Shown: positions 1 to 14,102, counted from the first letter of the whole stretch. The stretch is DNA of 62,979 nt, filler included, from Aduncisulcus paluster (GCA_024181965.1; 10 parts of 10 records of this genome joined end to end with filler, not necessarily neighbours in it), one strand, 5' to 3'. Numbers and translations are program-made. The notes: generated by a model not told the origin, from the letters alone.

Positions 1-3000
1 GAGGGAGAGAGAGAGGAAGACAAGGAACCAGAATAATCAAAACCTTGGCCCCGAGTCTTATCGCCAGAGTCTACTCCTTCCTTACTGTGTGCAACCTTCA
101 GAGCAATCAACTCTTCCTCAGTTTGCTTGAGTTTTGAACGAAGAACCTGCATTTCGGCCAAACTTTCCCTCAATTGTGCATGAGAATCGTGTTTCTCCTC
201 CTCAGACTTGAGAACATGCTTCACCTCGGACATATTGGCCACAGAAAGGGCATCCAACTTCTTAATAATGTCAGATTGTTGTCCATCGACTGTAGCACGT
301 AGAGTAGCGACCTGTTCAAGAAGAACTTTGTTCTCTGCAACAACGTGGTTAAGATTGACGATCACAGACTCCAATTTGGCTTGATATTTTTGACGAAGAC
401 TTTCAACGATTGAAGCAGAAGCAGAGGAAGAGGAGTAAATTCCTGAGGAAGAGGAAGAGGAGGACGAGGACCCATAGACAGAACTGACGGTCAACATTTT
501 CTGTTGCTCTTCTGTCTGCTTATCAATGATACGTTGAAGCTTGGTGTTCAGCTCCTCAAGACTCTTATTCTCTTTCCGAAGATTATAAGCCATTGAACGT
601 TCTTTCTTAATCATATTATTACAATATATAATAGTTTCTTTTTCAATCTCAAGTTGGTTGGTCATTTTCTGCACCATTCGTTCATATTCCTCCTTTTGTC
701 TCTTCAACGAGAGCATGGCTTCTTCCCGACTTCCACGAGCTCGTGAACAAATGATCTGGGCATCTGTGAGTTGAGTATCAAGACTCTGGACCTTAGCTTC
801 GAGAGTTTCAATCTTACGTTCAAGGGCAGAACGAGTGTCAAAAAGAGCAGAGAGCTCACCCTCTTTCTCCCGAATGGTAGCTTGCATCTCTCTCTTAACA
901 GATTCAAGAGAAGAAACTCTCTTCTTGTAATCGGACAGTTCAGCACCAATCTTGGCAATTTGTACCGATGCTTTTTCTCCTTCTTTCTTTCGAAGAGTCT
1001 GCTCGTCTTCTTTCCTCTCTTTTGCTTCCTCAAATGAATTTGTGAGATCAGCGATTCTCAAGGCAAGAGCTCTCTCTTTCTCCTTTCTATCGGAAAGATC
1101 GGTTTGTTGTTGCCGCTTTAGAGTATCAATAATCTCAGCTCTCTTGTCAAGCTCAGCGACAAGACTGTCGTACTTGGACCCTGCCTCTGTGCAGATTTTC
1201 TGCAGCTGCATGTATTGTCCTTCAAGCTCAGTGTTGTGAATCTGGAGTGCCTTCAACTCTTCGCCGTGAGCTCTGTCAGCAGTCTTCCTTTCTTCATCGA
1301 GAACAGTCCTTTCCCTCACATGATTGGCAACTTCCTTGGAGAGACGAGCGACTTCTGCAGTTTCTTTGTCAAGACGTTGGCGTAGGTCCTCGTTCTGTCC
1401 TTCAAGGCTCACCAGTTTCTCCTTGAATTGGGCTTGCTCCCCGCGCAGGGAACGTCTGAGGCGGTCGAGAGTATCCTCGGTCTGTGAGAGTCGTTCAGCT
1501 GTCGTGGAGAGACTCTCTTCGCTAGTGCCAAGCTTATTGTTGAGGGAAGTGATGGTCACTGCACTTCTCTGGCATTCCTCCTCGAGTCGAGCAATCTTAT
1601 CCCCAAGGGACTCAAGCTCAGCGGATAGATCATCCTCTTTCACAGAGAATGAATGTTGGCAAGATGTCAACTTCTCCTCAAGTCTTCGCTTTTCCTGAGA
1701 GCTTAGTTGAAGAGCAAGGCGCTGTTTGCTGAGGTCATCTTCAAGGCTTACAATCTGTTCGTCCTTGGCCTTTAGTTCACTCGTCACATCGCCAAGTTCT
1801 ACCTTGAGTAAGTCAATTTCTTCATTTTTAGAGGTCACAAGTTCCTCTTTTTCACGTGAAATACCATCGATAGTCATTTGAAGGGCATTCACTTCTTTCA
1901 CACTTTTTTCTTCACTATCAGCGAACTTCACTTTATACTGATCCAATTGAGCTCTCAACCTCTCTGAAGAAGTTAAAAGATCACGTTGATGTTTCTCCAT
2001 GCTTTCTTTCTCAGCCTCAAGGGAATCCTGAGCAGCCTTCTTGGATCTTTCCAGTTCTCTCCGTGTGGTGTGAAGATTGCTGATATCGGCCTTCAGTTTC
2101 TCAATGGTCTCATCACGCATGTCAAGCTCTCCTTCAAGGGCTTTGACTTGTCTCTGAGAAGTGTGACGGAGAGAGTCGAGCTGTTCTGAGAGATTCGATA
2201 CATGCTCCGTCAAAGTTTTCTTCTGTTCATCGAGAGAGGTGAGATGAACCTCGAAATTGGTCTTGAGAACAGAAATTTCATGGCGTTTGTCTTCTTCAAT
2301 TTCCTCACAGTCATTCTCAAGGGATGTTATCTGTGACCTGGCATGGGTAAGCTCTTGAGAAAGTTTGGATTTCTGTTCCTCAGTTGCACTGTACAGAGCT
2401 TTATACTTCTCGAGGTCCTCAGTCAGCATCAGACACTTCTCTTTCTCCTCATCAACTTCACGACGATGCTTTGATACCTTGTCTTTCAATTTGGCACAGT
2501 CACGGGTGACACGAGCAAGGTCTTTCTTTTGGAGATGGATTGTTTGATCTTTCTCATCTTGTGTTTCTGAGAAACTACTCATTTGGGACTCTAGTCTCTT
2601 CTTGGCCTCTTCAAGTGAAGCAGAGAGACGAGCGTGTTCCGAAGTGAAATCAGACTCCCTAACTCGCATCATCTGCTCCATTTTCTCCTTCTCTTGACGT
2701 TCAGATCTAAGTTTAAACTGAAGTTCCTCGATATCTTCTCTGAAACGGTCTTCAACATCCTTGGCCCTTATCCTTTCAGTCTGGGCGATGTTGGTCTGTT
2801 CCGTAAGCATCTCGGAAAGGGTATCCTTCTGCTCTTGTTTCTCAGATTCCAGTCTATCCATTGCATCACTGGCTTTCACCAATTCTTCGCGGAGAGCAAT
2901 AATCTCGGCGTCTTTTGCCTTGCTATTCTCGGCAAGATGCATTGACTTTTCCCTAAAGGTTGCGGTATGGCCTGATTCTGCGGTTAGACGGGCGTTCAGA

Positions 3001-3078
3001 GTGTCAATGCGTTGTTTATGCTTAGCTTCTCTCTCTTTCCACTCTTTGTCTTCCTTTTCACGTTCAACTTTTCGTTCC
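1..3078 (-). CDS. Large coiled-coil protein, partial at both ends (missed by the ORF track because no stop lies in the window)
   Basis: Minus-strand frame is open in the segments I translated, e.g. EYERMVQKMTNQLEIEKETIIYCNNMIKKERSMAYNLRKENKSLEELNTKLQR. It is E/K/L/R-rich with heptad character. The plus-strand ORFs here are Ser/Phe-rich antisense shadows. Confidence 0.85.
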
Positions 3079-3178
3079 NNNNNNNNNNNNNNNNNNNNNN
3101 NNNNNNNNNNNNNNNNNNNNNNTTAATTAATTAANNNNNNNNNNNNNNNNNNNNNNNNNNNNNNNNNNNNNNNNNNNN
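3079..3178. other. Artificial contig linker (N44-TTAATTAATTAA-N44)
   Basis: Six-frame stop spacer. The same linker occurs at 7261-7360, 14103-14202, 38557-38656, 42133-42232, 44646-44745, 47637-47736, 58010-58109 and 60807-60906. Adjacency across these is not biological. Confidence 0.99.
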
Positions 3179-6100
3179 AAGGCAGGGGAGGAATATTGCA
3201 CCGAAGAGGCAGATAAGATACCAGGTGGCAGAACGGGAACATTAGCATCTCTCTTTGAGTTTGTCTTTTTCTTAGATTTCTTCATGGTCTGGTCCTTTGA
3301 TTTCGTAACTTTCCTTTGTTTTACATCAGTTTTTTGCTCAATCTTCGTTGCATCATTTTCTACGATATCAGCAGTCTCTTTTGAGCAAGCCGAACAACAA
3401 CTTTGGGATTTTCTGAAATTTGCTTGCCCAACGAACCAGCTTGCAACAATATATACGGCACTGTGAATGAGCAACTCAGTAAGATAGAGGAAAGTATCCA
3501 CCGGTGCCTTGAATGAAAATAGTTCAGATAGTGAATATACATCGAATATTGTTTCAAGGCCTAGATCTCCAAGATCAGATAGAGAAAAAATAACCAAAGA
3601 AATGGCAAAATGTGGCACAAGGCCAAATGCTATGGAGTCTAATGTTGTTAACCCAATTGTCGCCCCAAGCAAAGGCATGAGAACATTCAATATGATACCA
3701 ATGAGAAGAACACTGCTGGGTTTGAAAATGAATACAAGCAAAAAGAGCAAAGAAGAAATAGCGCATGTTGAGGCGAACATTATAACAAACCAACCCAAGA
3801 TGCTCATGCCATCAGAATCAGCAATCGAAAGGATTTTGAGGTCTGAAAAGGCAAGGGGAAAAGCATAAATTATCGAAATAACAAAAACAAAGAACATGTT
3901 AAGCAAGAAAGCAGATAACCATACTTCTGAAAAACCAGTTCCATGAATTCTGAGAAGTTGAGCCTCTCCACCACCGAGTTCTTTTGCAATTTTATGATTG
4001 ACCAGAAGAGATATCACTCCAGGGACGATCGGCATTAACAACGCAATAACAAACCCCGTAAGATCCAAGCTAGATACTCTGTCAAGATTTCTCTTGGCGA
4101 AGGTTGTAGCGTAACCCTCGATGGATACCTCGGCAGGTTGAAGCTTCGAAGGGAGCGGATAATCAAAGACTCGAGCCGTGCTTTCTGCATCCGCTTCTTC
4201 CGCAAAAAGAGTGAGTTCAGGAAGGTCAACAAGATCATAAGAATCAAGATCGGTAGCATAACCAACCTTATTTTCCCTTTGAGCTCTTAATTTCTCCTGA
4301 AGAGCACTCCTTAAAACAGCAGTGTTTGTCCTTGTCACAATATCATTCAAGGAAGTGAAGAAGAAAGGATCGTAATGGTATCTAAAGAGTCTCGTATCAA
4401 TCCCTAATCGATACGATTCACGTTCTGTTAGCTTATTTTCAATCGAAACTGTCTCAAAACCATCTCCAAATACACTGTTTTGACTTCCCTTGGATTTGTA
4501 TTTTAGATCTTGGGAGTATTTTGCATAGTAAACCCCATTTAATTGTGGAATCAAGGTGTGCAATTCATATTTCACCGATGAAGAGAGTCGATTTGAAGGA
4601 TAGTATTCAGGCACATCAAAGAGATCACTATCATCCACCTCAGATAGAGCCTCCACATCTGATATATTAGCCCGATTAAATGCAATCCCAGCAACAGGTT
4701 TATCCTTAAAAGAATCACTCATAATCTGTCTGAGTTCCCCAAGATCAAACAACCAATCAGAAGAAGTCGTAATGTCAGCTCGGTTAAGTTGAGTATCAAT
4801 GACAGTTGAATACATCGAGGAGACCTGCTCTTCATATGATCCCGTGGTGGAATAATCCTCGAATACGAAAAACGGACAAGTGTTGTACAACTGCTCTTGG
4901 GATTTGTAATAAGAGTACAAAGAAGACGAATAGAGCGAATAACACTCATTTTTCTTCTCAGTAACCTCAGAAGGAGTACAACTCTCTTTGTCACAATTCA
5001 TTTCTTCCCATGCCGTTTCGTAACAATATATTACCAAACGATTCTTATCAGTTGCGAAATTAGATGAATAAACTTGCATGAAACCGAACGGATAGAAAGG
5101 AAGAATACCTTTAGTGCTTCGGAAAAAAGGCGATGGACCCAATGAACCCTCAGTTTCTATAGTGACAGGTCCAGCATCCAGGACAAATTCCATTTCAACA
5201 AGATCATTTGTCATAATTTCACCAAAATTATCAACAGAAACATCAAAACCATCTTCGATATCTACGATATCTTCAGCAAGCTCAAGATCCATCAAAGGAT
5301 CTGGGATTTCGGTGCGAAAAGGTTTAACAATTTTCTGAGAATCTTTTCCAAAAATAGCTCTTTTCCCATTGACCAGATACTCAAAACTAATGATAGGATC
5401 ATCTCCACCGTTATCTCCTTCTTCCTCGTCTTCATAACCCTCACTTTCAGATACCTCATTCAAACTCTGATATGTCTCCGTCCACATTCTCGAATCTACT
5501 GACTGTGGTCGAGCAGTACTCTTGTTGATGTAAAGGTTATTTGAGCGGAACAAGGAGAACTTTGTGTTTGCAACACCCACAGCGTTGTTAATGCTATCAG
5601 ACTTTGTTGAGACATTCGTTTCCACCACATCATCGAACCCATTCGATTCAGCCATGTCCTCCTCCGGATTCGGTGGGAGTACTCGAATGTAACTACTCAT
5701 TGAGCTAACATTATGGTATTGTCTGAATTTCCAAGTCTCATCGCCATAAACTCCAAGAGTACCACTGCTCATTGGGGTGGAGATGGGGGGAAATGCCGGT
5801 TCAGAATAATATGCATAGTAAACACAGGGAGAGTTCACGGGAACCGTTGCCATTGCCCCAAACCCCCACTGTCCATAATTAGAGTTGCTGATGCATTCAT
5901 GAATCAATTCATCGGTATCTGGCCGCACTGATTCCCCATCCTCATCAACATCAAGCTCAGCAGCTTGATAAAGTCTCCAACAAATAGAATCACATTGTTT
6001 CTTGAAACCGGCAACATTCTCATTCTCAAAAGATGATATAATCCACTCCAAAAAAGAGAGAGAAGAAGTAAGGAAGGATACTAACCCCAGACTAATTATA

Positions 6101-7260
6101 GCACATATGAGAATCGTGGAGAAATTAAAGCTAAAGTCAGTGACAAAGTATTTCCTGCACAAAACTCCAAGTCGAACTCCCCACATGTATAATCCAGACA
6201 CGGACTTACTTTTCTGCGCCAAAATATCCTGCACAGAGTGATCACTTTCGGACTCATCATCCCACCCATCTCCAATAGATTCCCGTGACACCCTTGAATC
6301 AGGACGAAGCTGAGTGTGAGAAGACCCTGTACTTCGCTCTGATTTAGCTTTCAATATCATATTGTCTACCTCTGATGTGGCCTCATCACGCATTAAAGCT
6401 CGATCTTTCTGTTCCAACTCTATCTCTCGCCGATCACTCACCTCACTACCCAAGCCATCATCAACACTGCTTACATCACCTTGATATCCGAATCCATGTC
6501 CTCTAATCATGGAAGACGCAATAATCTGAGCCCTGATGGAGGTAGATTTGGGTTTTTCAGACTCATTTCCAACCCATCCCACATACGAATGTGACTGAGA
6601 TTGTGATGTGGGATCTTCATAGACCAATGGCAGACTAGAACCATGACCAACAGAAGGACCAACTCTATCGATGGAATCTCGGAGACTCCCCTTGTGAATT
6701 CTAGGAGATCCCTGGGAATCAGCAGATTCGTCATAGCGGAGATCTGCAAGCATATGCCTGAGTTTGCTATCTTCGTCATCTCGTGCATTATGCTTTGATT
6801 CCTTTCTTTTCATCTCAGAACTCAGAATAACATCTTCACCATAACGCTGCGAAGACTTTTCTACCTCCAAAAACACATCAACCAGCTTCTTTGTATCGAT
6901 ATTACCCTGCATATCACATTGATACACAGTGTCCATCGCCACACTCATCACCGTGTCACTTCTCGTTGATATACTGAGTGTGCTTGAGGTTAGAGATATC
7001 AGCGAGAAGGCGAGAGGAGGTTTCTTCTTCACAGCTCTCGACATGAGGCGTAATCTACGAGTTCTCTTCTTTTCTTTATCTCGCAATACCATCAATTTCT
7101 CCGTCAACATAACCAAGAATGCATGTAATTGCTCCGAAGCTGCCAGATCTCCAATCGGATTACTTTTCCTGACAGAACTCAGAGGAGTACTTGACGCAGA
7201 TTTTAGTTCTTGGGAATCAAAACTATTTTCACGATTCACAGAGACATTGACAACATAGCC
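3179..7260 (-). CDS. ABCA-family transporter, internal fragment (post-NBD1 linker, TM helix, large luminal domain, TMD2)
   Basis: KLVDVFLEVE regulatory-type motif, one TM helix, a ~680-aa luminal loop, then five to six TM helices with AKELGGGEAQLLRIHG (ABCA EKE...LRxxG pattern). Same layout as the second half of 29040-37411. Truncated by contig ends. Confidence 0.7.
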
Positions 7261-7360
7261 NNNNNNNNNNNNNNNNNNNNNNNNNNNNNNNNNNNNNNNN
7301 NNNNTTAATTAATTAANNNNNNNNNNNNNNNNNNNNNNNNNNNNNNNNNNNNNNNNNNNN

Positions 7361-10300
7361 GCGTGAAACTGCCCGTGAAGAGCGTAGGACACTGAAAGAA
7401 GAGGACTTTATCACCCGTCGTAATGAGATTGTAGAACTCATGAAGAAATTGAAGGAGGATAGAGAGAAGTACACAGAATTGCGTAGGAACTTTGAATTGC
7501 GTCTCAAAAAGAAGGAAGAAATGAAAGAGAAAGAAGAGAAGGATAAAGAATTGAAGAAACTTGCACTTCAGAAAGAAATTGAAGAGAAAGCGAAGAAAGA
7601 AGAAAAGAAGAAGGAAGAAGAAGAGAAAGAAAAGAAGGAAGAGGTTGAAGGAGACGAAGATAAGAAGGAAGACGAAGAGAAAGAAAAGAAGGAAGATGAG
7701 GAGGAGACAAAAGAAGAGGACAAGAAAGATGACGAAGGAGAAGAAGAGGAATCCGCAGAAGAGGAGAAAGAAACTGAAGACAAAGAAGAAGAGAAAGTTG
7801 AAGAAACTGATGAGGAAGAAGAAGAGGAGAAGACCGAGGATGAAGAAGATGCTATTCGTGCCTTTAGCAAGAAATTGGATGAAGAGAAAAAGAAGATAGA
7901 CACATGCCGCGAGTCTTTGAAGGCGGACGAGGAAGAGGAAGCTCAGTTGAGAGAAGAAGAAGAAGAGAAAGAGGCTGCTCTATTGGTTGAGGATGAAGAA
8001 GACAGTGAGAAGTATCCTCCCCCTGTGGAGCTCCCTGTGGATGATGTGGACATCTATTCTTCATGTTACGTTGATGTTCTCACCAGTGGTCACTTCGAGG
8101 ATGCGCTCGTTACTCATGCTGCCCCTTCTGCTTCTTCTCCGTCCATATGCCAGTATCTTACAGTTAGTGAGGATGGTTCTGTGTCTGAGCGGAGGAGAGG
8201 AGAGCGTACTTACCCGTCCAAGACATCCCCACGTGATGTATCTCCTCTTGTCTTGACTCATGGTCATCGTTTGTCCCTTCCTTCCTTGCCAGCTCACAAC
8301 ACAACCAACACTCACACGCATCTCTCTTTGTTGCATTCTTGCCCTCTTTTCTCCCCAATGCCTTACGAAATTAGACTCTATTTGCCTGAACAAACAGGAG
8401 AAGAGGGAGAAGAGAAACTCACAAACTCTGCCGATGCTCAGCATGTTCTTGCTGAAGTCGTGAAGGGAAGTGTGGTCCGTGTGCCATCGTGGAAGCTTGA
8501 AAGTCCTGTGCTCTGTGTCTGCTCAAGCGGGGGGAAAGAGGGTAATGTCAGCGTGAATGATATCGGAGTAACTGGAACTGAATGGAGAGTTGTGGAACTT
8601 TTCTGTGGTAAGGTTGCAAGTGAAAAGGGAACGATTGGCTGGGAGTCTGGTGAAGATGAGGAAGAAACCAAGAAGAGAGCTGATGCCATCCCTTACACAA
8701 TCCATCCCCTGTTGTCTGCACCGCTCAAGGCTCACTTCTCAACTCCTGCTTATTCCGAACAAGATAAGGCCGATGCTCAGAGGAAGAAGCAAGAGAGACA
8801 CCTGCCTATGGGACCCCGTTCTGAGGAGATGAAAGAAAGTCGTACTTCTTCTTCCTTCACAGAGCTTGGTGCAGCTGCTGAATCTGATGAAGAATCCAGT
8901 CCTTCATCTCCTTCTCCTTCAGATGATAATAAGGCCAATGTCCTTCCACCCTCACTCGTGCCTGCCTCCAACGATCCCATGTTTGATGTGTATGTGTGTG
9001 GAGTTTGGGGCGGGGATTTCGATGGGGATTGTGTGCAAGACTTTAAGAGTCTGGATGGCAGTCCTTGTGATGAGTTATGCGGACATCCTGAACATGCCCC
9101 TCTATCGCAGTACAAATGTGGTTTAGCCATTGTTCTTGGAGAGAAGGAAGCTAAGCCTGGAAAGACTGTGCTTGTGGAGAGTGTTATTGGAGGAGAACTC
9201 ACAAAGATGTTCAAGGCTGTTGAGAAACCTGTAGAGAAAGAAGAAGAGGAGGAAGAAGAGGAGGAAGAAGAGGAGATCAAAGAAGAAGATGGTGAAGAGA
9301 AAGAGGAAGAGAAGAAGGAAGAAGAGGAAGAGAAGAAGGAAGAGGAGGAAGAGAAGAAGGAGAGAGAGGAAGAGAAGAAGGAAGAGGAGGAAGAGAAGAA
9401 GGAAGAGGAGGAAGAGAAGAAGGAAGAGGAGGAAGAGAAGAAGGAAGAGGAGGAAGAGAAGAAGGAAGAGGAGGAAGAGAAGAAGGAAGAGAAGAGGAGG
9501 AAGAGAAGAAGGAAGGAGGAAGAGAAGAAGGAAGAGAAGGAAGAGAAGAAGGAAGAGGAGGAAGAGAAGAAGGAAGAGAAGGAAGAGAAGAAGGAAGAGG
9601 AGGAAGAGGAGGAGGAAGAGGAGGAAGAGAAGAAGGAAGAGGAGGAAGAGAAGAAGGAAGAGGAGGAAGAGGAGGAGGAAGAAAAGAAATTATCTCTTGA
9701 AGAAATGACTCAAAAGAAGATTGAAGAAGATAATGAAAAGGAAAAGGAAGAGGGAGAGAAGGAAGATAAACCCAATCCTGATTTATCTGGTGTTTCAATC
9801 GAACCTTCTGATGTTGATGTGAGTTCTTCAAACAAGAAATCCCATGATTCCCCTGAAGCTCCTTGTAAGGAAGAAGAACATCCTATCATTCCCACTCACA
9901 TTGACAGTGGTGTCCTTTTCTCTGGTGTGTCTAAACACTCTATCTTATCAACTCTAGTGCAGCAAAGTCAGAGTATCTTATCTCGTATGGATAGTGTTGG
10001 AAAGAGCGAGAACGTGCCTGGTCTCTCTCCCAAGGTCAAGGCCAAACTTTCAGATTCTGAGGTTGCCCCATTCACAACTTCCACCTTCTCTTTAACTGGA
10101 GGGTGTTGCTACAGTGCATGTGGCATGTGTGATGGGAAAGAAACTGGTGCCATTGCCTCTCTCATGAATGAACTGAGCGAGCTGAATAACTCCGATCCTC
10201 TCCACTCTCATGTAGCTGTGTTGGGAAAGAAAGGAGATCGTAAGCATGGTGATCCATCGTACAACGCTTCTATTATCACTCTTGACGTGGCTCCATGTGC

Positions 10301-11174
10301 CTCTATCTGTGTTCTTCCCAAAAAGAATGATATCTTCTCAAGTGTCTTCGTTCTCGCTTCCCTTATTACTTCCCCTACAATCCGTCTCATTGCTATCATG
10401 GAAGGAATGCCACAGAAATATGGGAAATCTGAGGGTTCTGACAAGGCTCCTGTTCGGTCTTTGCTTTCTCTCAGCTCCTACGATAAGAAAGGAAAGAAGG
10501 TCCTTCCCAAACCCATCGTTATGTCCATTGAAGATGCCATTGCCCTTGCCCTTACCCACAAGATGACAATGGAGAGTCAGTATCCCGGTTTATTCCTCCC
10601 GGAGTTTCTCTCTGACTGTCCTCCTTCCACGAGTTCCGATGATCTTATCCACACTCATGTTCCTACACCTTTGCTCCTTGCTGGTGCTCTCAAGAGCTGG
10701 ATAACTGGTACTGATAAGGGGAAAGATGGGAGACCATCGATCCACTCTTCCCTCTCACCTTTCCTATTTGTTCCCATTGTCTGTTCTCTGCGTCTGTATC
10801 TCCAAACTAACAAGAAGCAGAAGAAGGAAGCTTATTATAAACTTGTAATGAGGATTGAAGCCGAGATTATGAATCTTCTTTTCCCTATCGAACTTGTCAA
10901 GGGAAAGCCCAAGAAGAAGAGTGGATACATGCTGCTCTGTGAGAGTGCTCTTTGGGGAGCTGGGAAAGGCTTGACAGGAGTTGGACACGTTGATAAGGTC
11001 GGGTTTAATAAGGAAGTCAAGAGAAGACTCTTAATATTGCCAAATGTTGTCAATGTGTTCAAGTCTTATGGTGTTGATCCTGCCATTCTTCACTCTGATC
11101 CGACCAGGAAAGATATGTTGAAATCTTATGTCATCCATGATCCCAAAGTTCTTAAGAGAATTAGAAAACTGTGA
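7361..11174 (+). CDS. Glu/Lys-rich hypothetical protein, 5'-partial
   Basis: ORF of over 1240 aa open from the contig start, with two acidic low-complexity tracts separated by globular-looking regions. No family recognised. Confidence 0.8.
9235..9690 (+). repeat. Coding minisatellite, 21-bp unit GAAGAGGAGGAAGAGAAGAAG (EEEEEKK)
   Basis: Tandem purine-rich repeats seen directly in the sequence. Confidence 0.9.
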
Positions 11175-11713
11175 AAATGACCGGTTTTCTTATTTTGAAT
11201 TTTTTTTTATATTTTGTTTTGTTTCTTTATGTCCATTTTATATATTATTGTTTCGTAATCATTGATCATAATTCAAATGAACTGGAATCTGTATTGCGAT
11301 AGATCTAAATTTTCTATTTTATTTTAAACTGCGTTTTGTGGGAATTTTTCTCCCTTTCTTTTTGTTCTGATGAATATAATATAATATTCATATTCTCATT
11401 GCGTTCCATCCTTGAATCAAAGTGGAGCTTCGTGATTTATTAGTCATTGGACTTCAATGGAGGACTTCTTCAATCAGATTTCTGAGAATTTCTTTGACAA
11501 CTTTGGCCCTGCCATCATGTACCAGTAAAAAATTGTTGCAGAAAATGATTGAAAGGGGCTGATAGGACAGTACGGGCTGACAATAGTATTTGCATTTTCT
11601 ATTTTTAGAAATTCTATTTTTAGAATCAACATTATTTACATCCTATCAAAACATCAAATATCATCTTGAAACGCCATGAAAGTAATGGGAAGTATCATAT
11701 ATTGAACCATGAT

Positions 11714-14102
11714 TCATTGAGCACAACATGATGAATAAGACTTCATTCCAACGGTTTCTGTTTCTCTTGCTTTGTGTTTCAACACCTTGCCGGGACTAGG
11801 GTGTTTCCTGCTATCAAAGCAATCCTCAGAATCATGGGTAGTAATAGGTTTTATGGATATCTTCTCTCCTCCTTCTTGAATATATTGACAATCATCGCCC
11901 TTCACATCCATTGTTCGATCATCTTTTATCCTTGAACTGTGGCACTCATATATTGGAGAAGAAGTGCCACGACCACCAACCAAATCAGGATTTGATTCTG
12001 ATTCGTCACAAATACGAATGATCTCAGTTTCTTCAAACTGGCAATCACCATGCAAATCCATTCTTCTTTCCCCATTATCTTGGATAATTGGATGAGTGGA
12101 AGTCTCATCACGTGATATCCTTGGTGAACAATGTTTATCGCCTCCGTTCGATATACTACAAATCTCTTCAGATTCCAAGACAGAAGGATAAGATTCTGAA
12201 TCCTCAATGAAACCCCGAGCTGGATGCAAAAGTTTGTGTAATTCTTCAGGGAATTCAATTATCCGAATGGCTGACAGAGAACTCCATATCGTTTCATCCC
12301 AATTCGAAAGAGAGTGGATGGTGAGTGAAGAAACGTGGGAAATATTCACAGGGCAAACAACCCACTGGGTCGAAATCTTTCNNNNNNNNNNNNNNNNNNN
12401 NGATATCCTTGGTGAACAATGTTTATCGCCTCCGTTCGATATACTACAAATCTCTTCAGATTCCAAGACAGAAGGATAAGATTCTGAATCCTCAATGAAA
12501 CCCCGAGCTGGATGCAAAAGTTTGTGTAATTCTTCAGGGAATTCAATTATCCGAATGGCTGACAGAGAACTCCATATCGTTTCATCCCAATTCGAAAGAG
12601 AGTGGATGGTGAGTGAAGAAACGTGGGAAATATTCACAGGGCAAACAACCCACTGGGTCGAAATCTTTCTAGAGTCACCAATGGTCGGACGAGGAAGAAT
12701 ATAATATTTTGTTATTCTTTCACTTTCATGCTCACATTGAAAAGTTATAGAAATCGATTTCGGATGATATTTCCATGAAAAAAGATCACTTTCACTTTCA
12801 CGGCTATCACTCAAGCCTTCAGACTTGTATGATGCCAATAAACAGATACATTGTATTGGTTGAGGACGAACGAGAGAAAATCCGATAGAATTGAACATAA
12901 TTTCTCTCTGTAAATCCAAGAATTCACGGAGGACGTGTGCATGAGAGGATCGTTCTCCTTCCTGTAAAACTCCAAATATGGAACTTTGCTCGATCATATT
13001 ATAAGCTCCTTCCTTGTAGATTAGGGATTCAATTGGTAATACAGTTGTACACTTTATAGCTTGTTCCATCCGAGCATCTCTGATCTTTTTCTGCTTTTCA
13101 ACGCACTCATCAAATGACTCGGAGGATAGAACAAAATGAAGACCATTCAAAGATTCCATGGTCATCGAGGACATCTCAAGATCCAAGGGTAACAGAGACC
13201 CTTCATGCTTTGAGCTTTTCACGAGAGATGGCATCCTTGATGGCGATGAGAAGATAAAATGGGATTCGACGCCTTCAATAAAACATTTCACAACATTCTT
13301 CGCGTCAACAGAACATGAAAACCAGCAAATTGAATCTAGAGAGTCAGGTGATGAAGGATCAGAATCGAGAACTATTGAAGAAGCATCTTTCATCGCTGGA
13401 TATTTGTCTCTCTCTCTCCATCTTTGAATGTTCAGTTATCTTGGCAAAACTAAACGTATGTTGTGAGACAGAGCCATCTTTGTGTATGAATGAAAATCTC
13501 AAACTACGAGGATGTACAACCGATTGATCCGAATCACTCGCTAACTTGCACTCATCTTCAACAATTCCGACAACCACGGATGAAATTGAACAAGGGAAAG
13601 CGAATGGAATGGATAATTTCAAGAAATTGATGCGAGATGATTGAACCAATAGAAATCTCTGCAAGAAATCGGTGCGAGAAATGTGACCGATTGTTTCAAT
13701 ATTTGCGTGCTCAACATCTGGCAAAATGAAATGAGACTTCAAGCTGGAAAACTCTTGAGATGAAAGCATTTTGGCAGGAATAATCGGAATGACAGAGTCA
13801 CAGTCAACAGAATCTACACAAGAAACACTCGAACGAGTTGAAGAACCAGAATAAACACATGAGGCCGGAGTAGAATCAACGGACTCAGACTTGATATCAT
13901 CCAATAACATCGAAAGTGATTTCTTTTGGTGCAATTCTTTCGAAATAGATTGTCTATCAAACAAAATACAGGGTGACGATGAATGAGAATGTATTTTCTC
14001 GGTCTTTTCCTTCTTTTCTTCTTGCTGGTGGTCTTTGTTCTGAGGATGACTGCTTCCGTTATCAATTGATCCCAAGGTTGGAGTATTACGAGGGTGAAAG
14101 GA
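11714..14102 (-). CDS. Hypothetical protein with two divergent DOC/APC10-like jelly-roll domains; frameshifted at a (GA)n tract, 5'-partial
   Basis: ORFs 13359-14075 and 11714-13393 overlap in different frames across GGAGAGAGAGAGAC (~13406-13419). LSIPF...HPRSLRFSF and SIGFSL...YHPKSISITF...QWVVCPVN resemble the repeated domain of 58110-59469. Contains a scaffold-overlap duplication (12114-12381 = 12402-12669). Confidence 0.6.

Noticed and set aside
704..3126. Many short Ser/Phe-rich or Arg/Lys-rich ORFs here and over other E/K-rich genes
   Set aside because: Antisense or off-frame shadows of the real coding frames.
3123..3134. Recurrent TTAATTAATTAA palindrome inside N runs
   Set aside because: Artificial six-frame stop linker. 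It also creates false ORF ends (...LIN) and false gene neighbourhoods.
9485..9520. KRRKRRRK stretch inside the EEEEEKK repeat as a possible NLS
   Set aside because: Explained by two compensating indels in the purine minisatellite, possibly an assembly error.
12114..12669. Direct repeats flanking 20-N gaps (also 20438-20867, 30331-30764, 40680-41297)
   Set aside because: Each copy abuts the gap exactly, so these are unmerged contig overlaps. The single mismatch near 20607/20832 is likely allelic or an error.
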